A stretch of DNA of 64,000 nt. Source: an uncultured virus (IMG/VR IMGVR_UViG_3300025769_011517). Its lineage: Duplodnaviria > Heunggongvirae > Uroviricota > Caudoviricetes. Under the pieces are notes generated by a model that did no database searches, was not told the DNA's origin, and was given only the letters and a program-made list of their open reading frames with translations. The position numbers were made by a program, and so were the translations under genes. Location: IMG/VR virus record IMGVR_UViG_3300025769_011517; one strand, written 5' to 3'. Below are positions 1 to 9,906 of this stretch, piece by piece (the stretch's first letter is position 1; each line of letters begins with the position of its first letter).

Positions 1-2008
1 AATAGAACCGTCCGTCGGTGAACGGGAAGTGCGTGTTGCCAACGCCAGCCGTAGACGAGATGAGGACTGCTCCTCTTGTCTCCAAAACATGACCAGCAGT
101 CACAGAGGTAGTGTTGATACCCACACGATCATTCGTTGCATCCACAAACAACGTGTCCGTATCAAACGCCACATCACCGTCATCGGTTATGGTGATTTTG
201 GTGCTACCGCTTGAGCCAGTGCCCGAAGCAGCCCAGTTTTCACGGAAAATCCGAAGCGTCCCGTTGTTGTTGTCCAGATTCCAGAGGTTGCTTGAATCCT
301 TCGCACCAATAGTCAAACGGCTAGGGTCAGCGCCATCAATACGAACCTGACCATGAAGGTGAACAGCATCCGCCCCAGTCGCTGCCACATCAAGAGCCGC
401 AGCAGGAGACGTAGTGCCGATACCAACACGATCATTCGTTGCATCCACATGCAACGTGTCCGTATCAACCACAAGATCACCAGTAACCGTCAACTCAACA
501 GCATCACGAGAACCATCAACCAACAAATACTGCGTATGATCATCATCACCCAAACCAGTCAAATTACCATGATCCACCACAGCCGCAGCAGTACTCGTAG
601 CAGACGACAACGCCCTACGATAATCATCAACCTCAACAAAATAAGCGCCCGGAGTGTTCGACCCAGAAGCACGATAAATAACCTTATACAATACCCGCAA
701 CTCAACCACAGGCAAATCGTCAAGATTCATTGAATCCCAAGTCACCGCCTCAGCATCACCCACATTCGTGTAATAATCCTGACCCATAATCGCAATCACA
801 GGATAATTCAACTGGTTAGTTGCCACGATCCAACTGATACCATAATTGTTTGAAGTGATCTCAGGAGTGCTCCACGTGCCACCAGAATTCAAATTATAAG
901 TCGGACTAGGAGTACCACCATACTTCAAAGGGAAGTTAGTTGGAGCATCATAAGTCCACCCAGTCGTGCCGCTCTGATAAAACACAGGAATCTGAGCAGG
1001 CCCCTGCAAATCTTGCTCCCACGTATTCGCCGTGGGAGTATTAGAATGAACAATATCTACCTGCAAGTCCTCATCAAAGAACGTACCATCAGCAATATCA
1101 ATATACGCCTGATCGTCAGTGCTACCATTCTGTGTAGAAACATCAAAATTAGACGCATCAAAGCCATTAGCAATCGCCGCTCCACGGGTTCGATGCAAAT
1201 ACTCATGCGTCTGCCAATCCAAAACAATACCGTGCCGCTCATCAAACAGCATGTACTTAGCAGGCTCACCAGAGTTGTAATGAATGTAAGCAGTAGGGGT
1301 TTCCGAATCCCACTGGTAAAATGTCGTAGTAGCCTGCAACACGCCTTCAGCGTCAAACGAAATGTAGTACAAATCCGAAGAACTACCGATAACTACGCTC
1401 TCAGAATCTGTCTTAACAAACTTCTGACCGGCACACCAAACCACATAACTGTCGCTTACGGGGGCAATCGTAAAAGTTCTCGTGGAATAATCAAAAGAGA
1501 TAACGCTCTCGGATTTGTCTTCATGACCGATAGGCTCGCCGCCGTCACCATTAGCGGTTGTGATCACTTCAGAGATAGGAACGAGCTTAGGTTCGCCGCT
1601 ATCGCTGTCATCACTGATGACTACTTTGTCGTCGTATGCTAATGTCACGGTTGTGAGTTCGCTTGGTTCAAAGTCAATCGTAACCGAACCAGTATCGCCT
1701 CCGCCGCTTAAACCAAGCCCAGCGATCACCTCTGTTATATCAGCCTCTGCGGGATCACCAGAAGTGTTATTAGCGCCAACAAACGCCACAGGCTCAAAAG
1801 AACGACCCTCAATAAACCCAACCCAAATACGGTCACCAACCTGCGGAGTGAAACCAATATACGGCACGTTTTCGTACACGTTGTTTTGACCCAAACGTGG
1901 AATAGTAACGTTAAGAGAGTTGTCGTTTACTGCTTGTACGATGGCACGCCAAAGACCGTTAGCGCCGCCGCCTGTAGAGTATGCTGTGTTTATTGCTCTA
2001 GAAACCAT
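1..2008 (-). CDS. Baseplate spike/tail fibre protein (partial, runs off left edge; not in ORF track)
   Basis: Manual translation from ATG at 2008 (MVSRAINTAYSTGGANGLWRAIVQAVNDNSLNVTIPRLGQ...PQVGDRIWVGFIEG) has no stop to position 1. N-terminus resembles the OB-fold of gp5/gpV-type spikes. Later DHGNLTGLGDDDHTQY and two DTDTLxVDATNDRVGI motifs typical of fibre proteins. Confidence 0.8.
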   Translation of the reverse strand, partial: MVSRAINTAYSTGGGANGLWRAIVQAVNDNSLNVTIPRLGQNNVYENVPYIGFTPQVGDRIWVGFIEGRSFEPVAFVGANNTSGDPAEADITEVIAGLGLSGGGDTGSVTIDFEPSELTTVTLAYDDKVVISDDSDSGEPKLVPISEVITTANGDGGEPIGHEDKSESVISFDYSTRTFTIAPVSDSYVVWCAGQKFVKTDSESVVIGSSSDLYYISFDAEGVLQATTTFYQWDSETPTAYIHYNSGEPAKYMLFDERHGIVLDWQTHEYLHRTRGAAIANGFDASNFDVSTQNGSTDDQAYIDIADGTFFDEDLQVDIVHSNTPTANTWEQDLQGPAQIPVFYQSGTTGWTYDAPTNFPLKYGGTPSPTYNLNSGGTWSTPEITSNNYGISWIVATNQLNYPVIAIMGQDYYTNVGDAEAVTWDSMNLDDLPVVELRVLYKVIYRASGSNTPGAYFVEVDDYRRALSSATSTAAAVVDHGNLTGLGDDDHTQYLLVDGSRDAVELTVTGDLVVDTDTLHVDATNDRVGIGTTSPAAALDVAATGADAVHLHGQVRIDGADPSRLTIGAKDSSNLWNLDNNNGTLRIFRENWAASGTGSSGSTKITITDDGDVAFDTDTLFVDATNDRVGINTTSVTAGHVLETRGAVLISSTAGVGNTHFPFTDGRFY
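123..468. repeat. 43-bp direct repeat (123-165 and 426-468, 41/43 identical) in the fibre gene
   Basis: acacgatcattcgttgcatccaca[aa/tg]caacgtgtccgtatcaa, encoding DTDTL(F/H)VDATNDRV twice. Confidence 0.9.
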
Positions 2009-2021
2009 AATTCAATCTATC

Positions 2022-3485
2022 CTAAGGTAGTATGTTCCCTTTTTCTTTGTGGTGTTCAGCCAAAGCGATACCCTGTGGACTATTCCAAAAGTCAGTTAAT
2101 ACCTCATTCGGTACCGTAGGATTCGTTCGAGGCGGGGACACAATCTCCAAGAAATTGTCCACAATCGCACTAGCAGCCTTCTTTACTCTAAGAACACCCG
2201 CTTCAATTTCAGCGTCCGTAGGAGACAATACTTTTTTAGTTGCTGTAATACCCGGCGAACGTAATCTCCTCTCACGATCTTCCAATTCAGTTTGCCGCCT
2301 TCTAGCAGCTGCCAGCCGTTCCGCTTCTGAAACCCCACCATCATCCGTAGTAGACGTACTAGCTGAGCGACTCGTAATGCCACTACTCGTCTGCAACGGG
2401 AAATCAACCGTAGTGCTCTCAATCTTATCCCACGTCGCAGCATCCACAACACCAGTCTCAGGCAAACCAACATACGCCTGGAACCGCTTCACCGCCGCCT
2501 CCGTAGCCGGACCAAACTTCCCATCAACCTGAGTTTTAACAGCACGCTGAATACGCTTAACACAATCACCAGACGCACCCCTCTCAAATGTTTTCAACTT
2601 ACACTCAAGCTCCTCTAACGAATCAACAGACGAACAAGTAATCCTCACCAACTTATCAACACCAGCCTCCACACTCACACGCTCAACCATCAAACGAGGA
2701 TTACCATACTTTGCAGTCAAATCTGGAAGCTTAACAACCACACCCGGATAAAAAGACCTACTAGTAGCATTCGTCAACAACGACAAAGAACCATTATAAG
2801 GCTTCTCCTCATCCTGCGAAGCTTTAAAATCAAGCGAAGTAGCCTCCAACGGATTCTCACCCGAAATCCTAGAATAATCCAACTCACCATATGTGTTAAT
2901 TTGAAACGGAGGAGTCGAAATAGTAACCTCAGGAGCATGATCCGCAATAAAATCCTGAGACGCAAAGAACAACACCCCTCTAGCCTCAAAACACATAAAC
3001 TCTAACTCTCTAGCCAACCGAACAAGAACATCCCACGTAGACTCTTCTTTATTCTCCGAAGCTTCTCGTTTGATCGCTTTCCGTGGACTATCTTCAGCAA
3101 AAATTTGCAACCCAAACTTTTCAGCCATGTTGGCAGCAAAAATTGAAGGCGAAATGTTACCAAACGACTTTGCGCCTTTATCTTTCCGCATCTGTTCTGT
3201 TGCTCGTGACCTTGCACGAACTGTAATGTTGCGGTTGCGGGCATTGAAGTTTAGCGACGCTTCAGCAATTTCGTACTCTTCATTAAGGAAAGTAACTCTT
3301 CGCCCAATGATAAAGTAGTTGTTGGTAAACATGTTAAAGTTGTTGTCGTAGACTGTGAACTTTAGCTCGCTTACCATTTTGCTTGTGAGATCAATAGATA
3401 GGTTCATGATGCCTTCTTTGATTTCTTTCAGTTCGGTTTCGTCAAGTTCACCGATGAGTAGACTGTCTAGAGGTAAAAAGTTCAT
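2022..3485 (-). CDS. Baseplate hub/late-control-D-like tail protein with peptidoglycan-binding domain
   Basis: ESTWDVLVRLARELEFMCFEARGVLFF hub-like motif; GASGDCVKRIQ..VDGKFGPATEAAVKRFQ..GLPETGVVDAATW PG-binding motif; lies downstream of tape measure. Confidence 0.75.
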   Translation of the reverse strand: MNFLPLDSLLIGELDETELKEIKEGIMNLSIDLTSKMVSELKFTVYDNNFNMFTNNYFIIGRRVTFLNEEYEIAEASLNFNARNRNITVRARSRATEQMRKDKGAKSFGNISPSIFAANMAEKFGLQIFAEDSPRKAIKREASENKEESTWDVLVRLARELEFMCFEARGVLFFASQDFIADHAPEVTISTPPFQINTYGELDYSRISGENPLEATSLDFKASQDEEKPYNGSLSLLTNATSRSFYPGVVVKLPDLTAKYGNPRLMVERVSVEAGVDKLVRITCSSVDSLEELECKLKTFERGASGDCVKRIQRAVKTQVDGKFGPATEAAVKRFQAYVGLPETGVVDAATWDKIESTTVDFPLQTSSGITSRSASTSTTDDGGVSEAERLAAARRRQTELEDRERRLRSPGITATKKVLSPTDAEIEAGVLRVKKAASAIVDNFLEIVSPPRTNPTVPNEVLTDFWNSPQGIALAEHHKEKGNILP

Positions 3486-3493
3486 ATTTAACC

Positions 3494-4366
3494 TTAAAAC
3501 GCTAGTTCGCCAATGCTAGCGAGTGTTTCGTAAGCCTCTGTATCGCTTAAACCGTATTGTGTGGTGGCTGTTACGGAAACATCTATTAAAAATGCCTCCA
3601 TCTCCGCCGCATCTTGACCGTATTTTACAGCAAGATCAGCATAATTTAACGGGTCAGCAGGAGGAGGTGATCCAACCCCCACCGCTTTAGGAGGTCTTTC
3701 AATCAACGGCAACTCCTCCGTCAACGGCCTATACTCCACCCGCTCAGTCAACTGAATACTAGCCTCAATACGTAAAGGCTCACCATCTTTATTACGATAC
3801 TTAACCGTATACGAAAATTGTGTCAAGAACGACAAAAACGGCAAAGCCTGCGTACCGTAAATAAACTCACATGGAAAACCAGAACTAGCAATTTGCTCTA
3901 ACGTGTCAACAACACCCTGTACCGAATCGCCGTCTTCGTTCAGAGGTCCAACCGACATGCCGCCGCTTGGGCGGTGAGCAATGACCGCATTAAACGTGAC
4001 AGTACGCAACTGTGGAGTTGAATAGACGTTTAACGGTTTAAGGTAGGGTCGCTGAATTTGCTGGTAAGTTCCGCCATAGTTTTGGTGCTGTAAGTTTTGT
4101 GGACCAAACGGAAACACTACTTCCAAGAACTCTGGCAGCGGTTCCTCTGCAGGAGCTTCTTCAGCGTCAAGCGTTTCGAACGGAGCCGAAAGACGGTCTC
4201 GTGGTGCTGATACCGCACGGGCCAGTAGCGGCTCCGGGTCCGGCGGTGTACCGCTCGGCCCCCTTGAGGTACTTGCACGCAAAATCGCACGCTTAACATC
4301 AACCGTAGTCCACTCAGGAAACGCAATCGGGTTTCCCGATAAAGCTATAATTGTACTTGCTGCCAT
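3494..4366 (-). CDS. Tail tube initiator/gpU-like baseplate protein
   Basis: FPFGPQNLQHQ..YQQIQRP..KPL..PQLRTVTF..LTQFSYTVKYRNKDGEPLRIEASIQLTE pattern; directly after tape measure. Confidence 0.6.
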   Translation of the reverse strand: MAASTIIALSGNPIAFPEWTTVDVKRAILRASTSRGPSGTPPDPEPLLARAVSAPRDRLSAPFETLDAEEAPAEEPLPEFLEVVFPFGPQNLQHQNYGGTYQQIQRPYLKPLNVYSTPQLRTVTFNAVIAHRPSGGMSVGPLNEDGDSVQGVVDTLEQIASSGFPCEFIYGTQALPFLSFLTQFSYTVKYRNKDGEPLRIEASIQLTERVEYRPLTEELPLIERPPKAVGVGSPPPADPLNYADLAVKYGQDAAEMEAFLIDVSVTATTQYGLSDTEAYETLASIGELAF

Positions 4367-4383
4367 AATCTTTACCCTTTACT

Positions 4384-7300
4384 TTACTCAGTTGAAACTG
4401 GTGCGACGTTTATAGTGAAAGAGTACTCTGAACCATTCTGAGAAACTCGTGTTGCAGGTTCACCATTCAATGAAACCATCGGAGCAACCCCCTCAATTGC
4501 AGTCTCAATCGCCTGCAGCGCTGCAAGGCTCGCATCATTATCGTTGCCCACCTCTGAAAGGTACTGCTGCATAATCGCAGGCAAACTACCTTCCTCAGCT
4601 GCGCTCCGCAAAATCTGCTCATAATCAAGACCGCCCCGCTGCATCATAGCGATATCAGCGTCCTCCATACCAGAGAACATATCATACGAATTCATCAAAA
4701 TCTCACGGAACCTAGAATCCTGAACCAAAGAAGCAGCGTTCTCATCAAGATACGCCTGCTGCTGACCATAAGTTCCCGTACCAAACACGCCCGCACGAGC
4801 AATCTCTCTCGTCCTATCAGTCTCCTCAAGGTAAGCCGTCACGTTATCAACATTACCCGTTTCAATCGCAGCCATTATGTTCTCAACCGGAACACCAAAC
4901 GTCGTGGCCATCTCTAGGGCAGTACTAGCCAACAACTCATCAAGGTTAAACATGGAGGCAAACTCTTCACTCAAACCGCCAGTTTCTACCTGACGCTTCA
5001 ACTCCATAATCGCAGACAAACCAGAAACAGCAGCGTTACCACCAAACGCAACCTCCGTAGAAGTATAGTCACTGATAAACTGCTGCAAATCAGCAGTGTT
5101 ATACTGGCCTAGTTTATCTGCATCAGCCAACGCATTTAACGCAGCGTTTGCACTAGCTTTCGCTTCCATACCATAAGCAGTAGTCGTGGTAAGGTCAGGC
5201 AAGAAACCTTGAGCCAAATCAATCATAGGAGCGTTATACAACTCAAAGAGAGTTTCAACACCCGCCAAGTTTGCTGTATCCAACGCAATACCAAACTCTG
5301 AAACAAACCGTTCAATTTCGCCACGAGAAACCTCTAACGTTTCAGACAAGTCACCAACAGCAATATTGATCTTGCGGAGTCTTTCTTCTTCCTCACGTTG
5401 GCGACGAGCAGTTTCAGATTCAATCGTCTTTGTTAACGAATCCATTACGCCACCAAGTTCATTCTGAATAAAGTCATCTAAATGCATTTGCGTAAAGTCC
5501 ATATTAGCGAACTCTGTGCCCGCTAACAGCCCAGAACTTTGAGCTTGCATAAGGAACGTTCTCATAGCGTTCGTGTCGCCTTCAGTGAAACCTTCTGCGG
5601 TCATGCCTGCCATCATGGCTGCTTCAGCGCTTTGTAACAACGATTGTGCTTCCATGAACTGTGCGTCGGTTCCGCCGTTAGCCGCAATCGATGACAGGTT
5701 TGTTGACATGCCTGCTGCGAAATCTTCGTTTCGTTGTCTTTGCCTATCACCTTTTGTGCCGCCCAAGAAGCCCATCGATTGAAGCACATGCGTGCCGCCA
5801 AACGCAATAGTGCCAGCAATAGCACCCGCACCCGCACCTATTAATGCGCCTACACCGGGAATCGGAATCAGCATTTGCCCTAAACCGGCACCCATAACCG
5901 TGGACCCTGCAATGCCTGTAAGTGTGTTTCCCATAGACGAACCTTGACTCAGGGCTTGCTTACCGGCACCATAAGTAGTCACACCGCCGCCTATCACTGC
6001 AGCCAAAGCCGGATTTGCGCCAAACAAAGCCGCAGTGGCAGCCATACCAGCAGCAGAAAAACCAGCACCAATAGGATCATTCTCCATGTAATTAGAAATA
6101 CCCCTCAGACCATCCATGCTAAGACCACGATCAAGGCCGAAGGCGTTAGAGCTTCGTCCTCCGCCCCCTTCTGCCACACCCGCCTGATATGCGTCATAAA
6201 AGTTTTTAGCACCTAAAGCGCCAGCGAGTGGAGTTAACAATTTTGAAGCAAACGCAGCTTTGCTTGTACCCGCAGAAAACATGCCATTAGGATTTGTGCG
6301 CATATTTAGATAACGGTTAGCGACAGGCCCAGTTCTGTTATACATAGTGTCATCTAAGGCACTAACTCCACGAGAGAAAAAGCTAGGACCACGATTGGCA
6401 CGACGGGCTGCAGCGGCAGGATTTTTTCTAGCATTCAGGGCAGACTTGCCCTTACCAAACGCATACAAGCCGCCAAGACCCAACACCATATCCCCACCCG
6501 GAATAGCGAGAAGAGCAGAAGCCAACAAATCAACAGCCTTAATCAACAACATGATAAGAGGCTCAAGAGCAGACAACACCTTCAACAATCCCTTGAACGC
6601 ATCAGGTAACTTATCAAAAATAGGTTCCATCGCCTCAAAAATACGCACCAACATAGGCCCAAGCGTTTCAGTAATATCACGAATAATCTCAGGGAACCGC
6701 TCAAACAGCGGCGTCATAGCACCAAACACTTCAAACAAGTTAGGCAACACACTCGTAGCCACCACATTCAACGTATCAACCAGCCTCGGAAGAGCATTAA
6801 AGAAACCACTATTTCCTTGCGCAAAGCCCTGCTTAAATGCATTTATCACATTACCTAAGGCATCACCAAAGGCAATAAACGCCTCTCTGTTCTCTTCAAG
6901 CAAATTTGAGAAAGACCGAAACAGCCCACCCTCAGAACTACTAAACATTGCCCTAAGCATGTCCATAACAACATCAGCAGCACCCTCATAACTACGAAGC
7001 CAATCACCAAAACCAGTAAAGAAATCACCAACAGACCTAAAGAAGTTAATAAACTTATCAGCAGCACCCGCAATATCGCTAACATTCTGCACAATGTTAG
7101 AACGAATAAACTCACTTACCGCATCCGTAAAACCAACCAACGCAGGAGCCATCGAATCCGGGCCAAACTCCCGCATAATCTGAGCAATACCCAACACATC
7201 GTTTTTAATAATCTGACTAATCTGCAAAAACGAATCACGGAACGGCTTCAGTAACGGCTCACCAATGTTTGCAAAAATACTTTTAAACGACTCGGCTTCA

Positions 7301-8223
7301 GCCTTCAACGTACCAATAAACGTCCCCGCAAAAGCATCACCCAAACCCTGGAACGCATCAGCCGTGGCACCACCTCTAGAAACAGTACCAATAATACTAC
7401 TTAAAGACGCACCCTCAGCAATAGACTCAGCACGAAAACCCCTAGCACCCTGCAACGCCGTAATAAGGCCAGCCGTATCGCCAGACTTCTGTGCAGACGC
7501 AAAAGCCGCAGCCAACGACTGCACCGCCTTAGCATCACCGCCAGACAAGTTAAACAACTGGTTAGCCAAAACATTACCACGGCGAATGCCCGCCTGCGCA
7601 AACGAACCAGCAACAGCCCCAGTAGACTCACCCAACAACGAACGAGTCTGCGAAGTAAAACTACGACTTAACTGACGGGCACCACGAGCACCTTGCTGAC
7701 CACCACCAAAGAACGGCGTAAGCTGCACTTCCTGAAATTCTCTAATAGCCGCAGCCGCCACCGCCAAACCAGTAGCAACACCAGCAGCCGCCGCTGACAA
7801 ACCTTTAAGGGCTATCTGGTAACCTTTAACAGCAACCCTACCACTAACTAACAAGCCTTTAACAGCTAACAACGCAGCCGAAAAAATAGCAATTTCAGCA
7901 GCAATCGCAATAAACGACAACTTAGAAAAAGTCATCAAAAATTTCTTTAAGACTCCGGTAACCTTCATAAGGCCGTTCTTAAACCCGTCCATTACCTTAC
8001 GGAACCGGTCAAACTTGCGTGTATTTGAATCAGCTGTTTTATTTAGACGACGGTTTGTGCGATCAAAATCTCGGTTAGCGTTAGCAGCGCCACGAGTCGC
8101 ACGACCCAAAGCGTTCTGACGATCCTCTAACGCCTTCAACCTACGCTCAATAGCAGCAAGATCGCCGCTAATATCAGCATCGATCTCAACCTCAATTACA
8201 ACACGTTCTCTAGCTTCAGCCAT
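4384..8223 (-). CDS. Tape measure protein
   Basis: 1279 aa, Ala/Gly-rich, helical, hydrophobic segments; follows tail chaperone and precedes baseplate genes. Confidence 0.85.
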   Translation of the reverse strand: MAEARERVVIEVEIDADISGDLAAIERRLKALEDRQNALGRATRGAANANRDFDRTNRRLNKTADSNTRKFDRFRKVMDGFKNGLMKVTGVLKKFLMTFSKLSFIAIAAEIAIFSAALLAVKGLLVSGRVAVKGYQIALKGLSAAAAGVATGLAVAAAAIREFQEVQLTPFFGGGQQGARGARQLSRSFTSQTRSLLGESTGAVAGSFAQAGIRRGNVLANQLFNLSGGDAKAVQSLAAAFASAQKSGDTAGLITALQGARGFRAESIAEGASLSSIIGTVSRGGATADAFQGLGDAFAGTFIGTLKAEAESFKSIFANIGEPLLKPFRDSFLQISQIIKNDVLGIAQIMREFGPDSMAPALVGFTDAVSEFIRSNIVQNVSDIAGAADKFINFFRSVGDFFTGFGDWLRSYEGAADVVMDMLRAMFSSSEGGLFRSFSNLLEENREAFIAFGDALGNVINAFKQGFAQGNSGFFNALPRLVDTLNVVATSVLPNLFEVFGAMTPLFERFPEIIRDITETLGPMLVRIFEAMEPIFDKLPDAFKGLLKVLSALEPLIMLLIKAVDLLASALLAIPGGDMVLGLGGLYAFGKGKSALNARKNPAAAARRANRGPSFFSRGVSALDDTMYNRTGPVANRYLNMRTNPNGMFSAGTSKAAFASKLLTPLAGALGAKNFYDAYQAGVAEGGGGRSSNAFGLDRGLSMDGLRGISNYMENDPIGAGFSAAGMAATAALFGANPALAAVIGGGVTTYGAGKQALSQGSSMGNTLTGIAGSTVMGAGLGQMLIPIPGVGALIGAGAGAIAGTIAFGGTHVLQSMGFLGGTKGDRQRQRNEDFAAGMSTNLSSIAANGGTDAQFMEAQSLLQSAEAAMMAGMTAEGFTEGDTNAMRTFLMQAQSSGLLAGTEFANMDFTQMHLDDFIQNELGGVMDSLTKTIESETARRQREEEERLRKINIAVGDLSETLEVSRGEIERFVSEFGIALDTANLAGVETLFELYNAPMIDLAQGFLPDLTTTTAYGMEAKASANAALNALADADKLGQYNTADLQQFISDYTSTEVAFGGNAAVSGLSAIMELKRQVETGGLSEEFASMFNLDELLASTALEMATTFGVPVENIMAAIETGNVDNVTAYLEETDRTREIARAGVFGTGTYGQQQAYLDENAASLVQDSRFREILMNSYDMFSGMEDADIAMMQRGGLDYEQILRSAAEEGSLPAIMQQYLSEVGNDNDASLAALQAIETAIEGVAPMVSLNGEPATRVSQNGSEYSFTINVAPVSTE

Positions 8224-8233
8224 AACTGCCCCT

Positions 8234-8282
8234 AAAAAGAAGAACCGGGAATTCCTATAGATATTCTACAGAAATCCCCGGT
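8234..8282 (-). terminator. Long hairpin plus U-tract between chaperone and tape measure genes
   Basis: Minus strand accggggatttctgtag-aatat-ctataggaattcccggt (17 bp incl. G-U) followed by tcttcttttt. Confidence 0.6.
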
Positions 8283-8284
8283 GC

Positions 8285-8509
8285 TTAGTAGCCACCTTGC
8301 ATGGCCTTTCTTTGTCTTTCTCTTTCCGCCTGATCCCTAGCCAATGCCTGCGCACAAGCCATACGAATCAACCACTCATCATTCGTGGAATCTAATAACT
8401 GGATAGGGTCAACGTGGAACGTTTCACCTAGACGGGCCGCTGATTTGATTCGGACATCTTCCGAAAGGCTATCAACTAGCCCTTCGTAGGGTCCTCCATG
8501 TCCACGTCG
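8285..8509 (-). CDS. Frameshift extension of tail assembly chaperone (gpT-like)
   Basis: -1 frame open 8509-8285 (..GLVDSLSEDVRIKSAARLGETFHVDPIQLLDSTNDEWLIRMACAQALARDQAERERQRKAMQGGY*), no usable start, overlaps chaperone 3' end. Confidence 0.7.
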   Translation of the reverse strand, partial: RRGHGGPYEGLVDSLSEDVRIKSAARLGETFHVDPIQLLDSTNDEWLIRMACAQALARDQAERERQRKAMQGGY

Positions 8510-8988
8510 TCACCATAACCAGCATGGTCAAGAATCTTAAGAGCGGTGCTCTCAAGGTGTGGATCAACAGCAAAGAACGCCCTGATAGCATCAGGCAAAG
8601 GACGATCAGTGTCCGTCATCTCCATAACGACCGGCGATGCAAACGTAATCGCATTCCCGTCATCATCCAGAACAAGCTCGTTGTTGAAGAAAATGCCAGT
8701 CACAGTCTGCCCAACCACATAACAAGAGAACTTAATTGAGTCAAGTTCTTCAGTCTTGCGGTTAGTAGAGTTGCGACGCCAAGCCTTCAACTGGTCGTTT
8801 GTAATGTTAGGAGAGTAACGGACAGTAACGCCCTTACGCTCAGGAATAGGAATCTCAATCTCAGGACGGGTAACTTCTTTAGCAATCTCCGTCTTCAACT
8901 GATCCAGCAAAGTAACCTTGCTGGCCTTTTTCTGTGCGGCAGCAGGTGCGGAACCTGCAACCTCAATAATTTCATTTTCTGTGCTCAT
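8476..8988 (-). CDS. Tail assembly chaperone (gpG-like)
   Basis: 170 aa acidic protein upstream of tape measure, ends EDPTKG*, has overlapping -1 ORF. Confidence 0.7.
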   Translation of the reverse strand: MSTENEIIEVAGSAPAAAQKKASKVTLLDQLKTEIAKEVTRPEIEIPIPERKGVTVRYSPNITNDQLKAWRRNSTNRKTEELDSIKFSCYVVGQTVTGIFFNNELVLDDDGNAITFASPVVMEMTDTDRPLPDAIRAFFAVDPHLESTALKILDHAGYGDDVDMEDPTKG

Positions 8989-8994
8989 GTTTAT

Positions 8995-9023
8995 ATACTA
9001 TTCCTTTCCTAGAATCAAGTCAA
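8995..9023 (-). promoter_or_regulatory. Sigma-A-type promoter, probably leaderless
   Basis: TTGACT-17 nt-TAGTAT-6 nt-ATG(8988). Confidence 0.75.
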
Positions 9024-9036
9024 CTAGCAAGACACA

Positions 9037-9774
9037 TTAGTCAGCAAGCGCTGCCCAAGTCTTGGGACCAACAACACCGTCCGCAGCAAGACCCTCATCA
9101 CGCTGGAACTGCTTCACAGCCTTCAACGTCTTAGCACCGAAGTCGCCGTCAACGCCAGAATTCTTACGAGGACGAGAAGTCAGCTTGTAACCGTTCTTAT
9201 CCAGAAGCTTCTGAAGGAACTCAACAACCGGCCCCTTATCGCCACGACGCACAACAGTCTTAAAACACGCCGCAATAAACTCAAGCGCCTGAGCCTGCTC
9301 AGACTTAACCGACGCAGCCTTCGGAACCTTGATATCGCCCTTAACAGGGAACCAATCCATCTTCGAACCGCTCACACGACACGGCTGATGATGCCACCAC
9401 TCCGAAGCCACGGTCTTACGAATACCATACTCTTCAGCAATCTTATTCACCTGCGTGGTAGAGATAGAACCCCGCTTGATGATACGGAAGTCAACCGCAT
9501 AACCGTAACCATCAAACTTCGGCTGGCTCATATGATACGAACCCTGAAACCCGGCGCTGTTTACACGGTCCGGGTTAGCTGCCAGATTGAAACCGGGCTT
9601 ACGGCTCTTATAGCCATCATACAGGTACTTCTGCTGCTGGTAGGTGCGAACACCAGACACAACAGCAACCTTGCCCGCAATACGTGGATCAGCAAAGAAC
9701 GCTTCCAGACGGGCCTTAAACTTAGGGTGCAGGTCTTTAACATTGACCCGACTACTAACTGTTGGAATACTCAT
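9037..9774 (-). CDS. Endolysin-like protein: M15-family peptidase plus PG-binding domain
   Basis: SGVRTYQQQKYLY, SYH..AVDF, EWWH metallopeptidase motifs; C-terminal DGDFGAKTLKAVKQFQ..GLAADGVVGPKTW. Start moved to ATG 9774 (GAGG upstream). Confidence 0.85.
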   Translation of the reverse strand: MSIPTVSSRVNVKDLHPKFKARLEAFFADPRIAGKVAVVSGVRTYQQQKYLYDGYKSRKPGFNLAANPDRVNSAGFQGSYHMSQPKFDGYGYAVDFRIIKRGSISTTQVNKIAEEYGIRKTVASEWWHHQPCRVSGSKMDWFPVKGDIKVPKAASVKSEQAQALEFIAACFKTVVRRGDKGPVVEFLQKLLDKNGYKLTSRPRKNSGVDGDFGAKTLKAVKQFQRDEGLAADGVVGPKTWAALAD

Positions 9775-9844
9775 GATTAACCTCATGTAGACAATACATA
9801 TCAACAATAGCATATAAAAATCTACACTCCCACGCAAGCAATGT

Positions 9845-9876
9845 AAAAAAGAAAAGGCGCTACCGAAGCAGCGCCC
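9845..9876 (-). terminator. Rho-independent terminator after tail tube gene
   Basis: ggcgctgc-ttcg-gtagcgcc followed by ttttctttttt. Confidence 0.9.
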
Positions 9877-9906
9877 AATCTTTATTCAATTATGTTTATG
9901 CGAGGA

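Noticed and set aside
123..468. Diversity-generating retroelement TR/VR pair
   Set aside because: Repeat is only 43 bp, both copies are in frame within one gene, and no reverse transcriptase is in the window.
29..1889. Plus-strand ORFs in the track (e.g. 353..733, 1013..1642)
   Set aside because: Shadows of the uninterrupted minus-strand fibre gene, which the track missed because it lacks a stop in the window.
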